The translations under genes and the position numbers were made by a program. From Azolla caroliniana (Eukaryota > Plantae > Polypodiophyta): a stretch of DNA of 64,000 nt. Numbering within the stretch: position 1 is the stretch's first letter; every line of letters starts with the position of its first letter. Location of the stretch: NCBI GenBank assembly GCA_043228905.1, contig JBHGNT010000008.1, forward strand, positions 5,146,001 to 5,210,000. The letters are read 5' to 3'. This document shows positions 60,444 to 64,000 of this stretch, piece by piece. The notes under the pieces were generated by a model. It did not search any database. It was not told the origin of the DNA and saw only the letters and a program-made list of their open reading frames with translations.

Positions 60444-60748
60444 TGTTAAGAGTCTATTACTAATCAATCCACCAAAATAAAGTAAAATAAGATAAATATA
60501 TTGGATAGAAGAACCCGTTCCACCCGACCACCTTGGAGCTATGATCAAGACATAGCCAACCTACTACGACGTCCCATATCACCGGATATTAGGATGACTA
60601 ATACCTTGGAAGAGATTAACACGATCACCGTGATGAAAGCCTAGCTCGCACCACCGATGTCTAAGACAGCAACCTTCCGACGTAATGTGCTTATGAGGGT
60701 AGCTAAGCCTCATATTTATACCTCTGCCTACATTTTGTGTACATAACA
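60444..60748. mobile_element. Short solo LTR (305 bp) inside the Copia remnant
   Basis: TGTTA..TAACA ends with 5-bp TSD CCAAT (60439-60443, 60749-60753); removing it rejoins the Copia RT. Confidence 0.75.
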
Positions 60749-63704
60749 CCAATGAAGGTACAATCAATATAATTATTGGAGTTTATGTCGACGATTCACT
60801 AATTACTCCAATTCCATCACCTTAATGCATAAGGAGTTCCCAATTAAAGATCTCGGACCTCTCGAATATTTTCGTGGAATTAAGGTGAGACACTATCACC
60901 TGGAAAAGTACAAACGACAAGCATCTATAGCTATTCAAGATTCTTCGAACACACTTCTCACTAGATGGAGTTCGTACCTCACATTGAGATCATTATTTGC
61001 AGAGTGTGAGTCGACGTCTACCCAATTGTCAACGATGCAGGAAGTGATAGGTGTCTTGATCATTCCTTAACCAATAGGGGGTGTTAATTATCACTTACAA
61101 ACTCTTCATTACTCTAACTCTAAACCTCACATAATGAACATCACTAGGAACCAAACGAAGTTATCCAATAGAATTAACTTATACACACAAGAAACTAAAT
61201 GCAAAGAAATCCCAAAGGGTCAAACACATCATGCTTCGATTAGTTACAATCATCATAATACAAATGCTTAAGGAATTAAGGAAGATTATTTAAGCCCTAA
61301 GACAATATCGTTAGGGTAACATTAGAGATTAATGAGAGAGAAAAAGAAGAGATCTCGTCTAAGTGATTAGTAAGTGAAGAAGCAAGAGTATCAAACGGCA
61401 CAAAAAGTGACTTCTATAGTCATTCACACTAGAATAGCCAGAAGGGTACACTATACTCTAGGTTTTTATATCTTTTCCTCTTTCGTTACATCTATATTGT
61501 CTCTTGTGCTCCATTGCCAAACTCAAGGTTGTTGGAAGCGTATGACAAGTACTTAACATAGCCCTTTCTAGTATTGAAGCTAGGTATGTGGCAATTGCTC
61601 ATAAGAAAATAGGACTAAAAAAATGACAATACTAAAGTGTAGTTCAAATAGTAAGGTTATCCATTTCGACAAAATGGTAAAAGGTTTAAATCTTCATCAA
61701 GTCGAAACAGTTGAAGTATAAATTTAGTAAAAGGGTTACATTTTCTTGATTGTTGATTAGAAGTTATTGGCAAAGAGTGGTAATTCAGAGGAAGCTAGAA
61801 AAGGTTGCATGGATCCTCGGCGACCAAAGGTGACAAAGTTGTTGATCGAGGGCAAGCCTCAGTGAAATTTGAGTGAATCCTTCTTCTTCCATATTAGCTT
61901 ATCCTAAATTTTCTCCTAAACTTATTTACCTCATACCCTATGTGAAATGGAAAATAAACTCCCTTTCACCTAGGGTATTGAAACTAAATGAAAATTTCCA
62001 ATATAAACTTCACTTGCTAAATTGAGAAATTGTATAGTTAGCTATTATCGTTCAATTGAAACTAAATGAATTTTTTTTTTAAGTATTTAAGTGCTTGTGT
62101 TGCCGATTTGGGTATTTCAACTCTTTGAAAGAATCACCTCTTTGGAGCTCGTGAGAGTAACACATAAGTCGAACATTTGACTCAAACACACAAGTCTAAC
62201 TCTTGAGCCGAACACTTGACAAAATGGAATAGAATAGATGTTTTATTGTCCATAAGGAGGCCAATTTCGAACAATAAGACCAAATCAACATATCATCTTG
62301 TATGTGAAGCAAGTTCATGTAGAGAAGATATAACAAAAACTAAAAACATAGATGTTGGAAATAAGGATTGTTTTATGTGCCCTTGCAACACAAACATATG
62401 TTAACTAATACACACCAATGCAATGATGCTTCCAATGGTGATGAAAGAATGATCAATAAAGCAAGAAATAATTACCTTGATTGCAAATATACAAAATTGA
62501 ATGAAAATGGATGGATATTTATAAACCTTGAATGATTGCTAGACAAATGAGGTGATGATCATTCCTTATTGTTGCATGATTTTGCACGTCATTAACTAAA
62601 CTCAGAAAAACAAAATTGCTAGGAGGGAAGCAATTCCCCGTAGAGTAGCCATTACAACAAATTAGAAGAAATTTTTGGATTTTGGAAAATGAAGCTCTTA
62701 TTGTAGGCCCTCATGACATAGAAGTTTAATAGAACATACTAATTGATTGTGTCTTTCTTTGGAGATTAAAGCATGTAACAAGTTGAAATAAGTATATTTG
62801 ATTACTGGTACTTTAAAGAATCAATGATGACGAACTTTTTTATTTTTAATGGAAATGATCGTGGATGGTTCCTATAGGTGTGATATTTGTAAGATGAGTT
62901 TTGATGGGAAGGGACCTAGATGGCATGTAGATTGAGATGGATAGTCCATGGCAAAAGTGTATTCTTACTAATCCTTAATACAAAGGGATGATATGGGTGT
63001 AAAGACATAGGATTTATTAGAAAGTAGTAAAAGCATGTGGAAAATGGGCTAGCATTAACATAATATAAGGATTAAATGCAAGGGATGAAATGAGGATGAG
63101 CTAGTAAGTTAGTGAGATTATGGATGGTTCTTATAATTATCATGCATAAGAGAGATGGGTTGGGTTAAGCAAGTGATCTAGAAGGATGAAATAATTGGCA
63201 ACGGAAGTGGTCATTTAAGTGAGGCAGGGTGCATGATGCTTGGATGGGCACACAAAAAGGTTGGGAATAACATCAAGAGCTAATAAGAGAAGGTTGCAAG
63301 TACTCAATTCCCGGAATATTAAAGGAGCTAATAAGACAAGGCTTACTTACTAACGATGGAGTGAAGAATGACAACAAACAAGGGGAGTGGCAAGGGAAAA
63401 GGGTAGGTAACAAGCAAGGTTAGTTAGAGATGGCAAGGGAGTCAGGTGTGGCGACAATAATTAGTCTCTAATTTTTCAAGGAAGGCAGAGATGATGGGGC
63501 AAGGGGAGGTATGGCCAAGCACCAAGATAAAACAACGAAAGTGCACATGAGGGTTTTAAGAAAGGCTGGATGAGGGTTTTATACATAAAGGTAACGAAAA
63601 GGTTTATTAGATATAACAAGGAAAAAGCAAGCACAATACATTAGTGTCTATAAAATTTGTAGGATTGGGGGAGGGGGGAAACAAAGGCACATATGAAAGA
63701 AAAA

Positions 63705-64000
63705 GGTGGTAGGGTTTTAAGAGCTTGACATAGGTAAACACATCTACTAGGAGGGGGTAGTGTGACACTATAGATAGGTTTAAGAGTTGACTTAAATTTG
63801 GAAACACTTCTACTAGGGGTGGTGACACTATAGATAGTGAGTTTAAGAGTTGACTAAGAGATAGACATACTTCAACTACTAGGGGGGGTAGTGACACTGT
63901 AGATAATTAGGTTTAAGGGTTGACTTAGAAGTAAACACACTTCTACTAGGGGAGGGGAGCAAGTGACATTAAAGATAGTTAGGTTTAAGAGTTGACTTAG
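63705..64000. repeat. ~66-bp minisatellite (CTACTAGGGG..GTGACACT.TAGATA..TTTAAGAGTTGACT), at least 4 copies, runs off the window
   Basis: CTACTAGG at about 63744, 63810, 63876, 63943. Confidence 0.85.

Larger units (their letters stand above)
54150..60900 (+). pseudogene. Old Copia RT remnant hosting element D and a solo LTR (host sequence only at ~54150-54723, 60346-60443, 60749-60900)
   Basis: LDINTTFLHGDLNVEIYMEQP..CKL (54328-54720), a GLK.S-like motif split at the D insertion site, then IIIGVYVDD (~60770-60795) and EFPIKDLGPLEYF.GI (60825-60885). Confidence 0.75.

Noticed and set aside
61600-63650. Possible decayed retroelement internal region
   Set aside because: No motif could be read with confidence; left unannotated.

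Overview
Eukaryotic, intron-rich, AT-rich land-plant nuclear DNA. A non-seed plant such as a fern is my inference, from the Tcn1-type chromoviruses and LINE types. Four host genes are supported: the 3' part of an RCC1-repeat gene (+, 213-1978), an MBD10/11-like methyl-CpG-binding-domain gene (+, 8775-12419, 3 exons), a 13-exon plastid trigger factor (-, 24831-17833) and an intronless ANTH/PICALM-like gene (+, 46166-47269). Most of the rest is transposon-derived. The centrepiece is a 14.3-kb triple nest: Copia A (-, 26127-40431) contains Copia B (+, 28152-37272), which contains a rearranged Gypsy chromovirus C (33451-36901). There is also a near full-length chromovirus D (54724-60345), two solo LTRs, three hAT-type MITEs with 8-bp TSDs, SINE-like and LINE remnants and many tandem repeats. 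Most notable: (1) the LTR clock of the nest is inverted, with the outer LTRs about 0.5% diverged and the inner about 7%, suggesting the nest may have moved as one unit; (2) element C is internally inverted at palindromic LTR repeats, leaving a 341-bp hairpin; (3) three different Gypsy-type LTRs carry an antisense tRNA-like Pol III A/B-box module; (4) element D has a clear -1 frameshift signal between gag and pol. All alignments, counts and splice models were made by eye.
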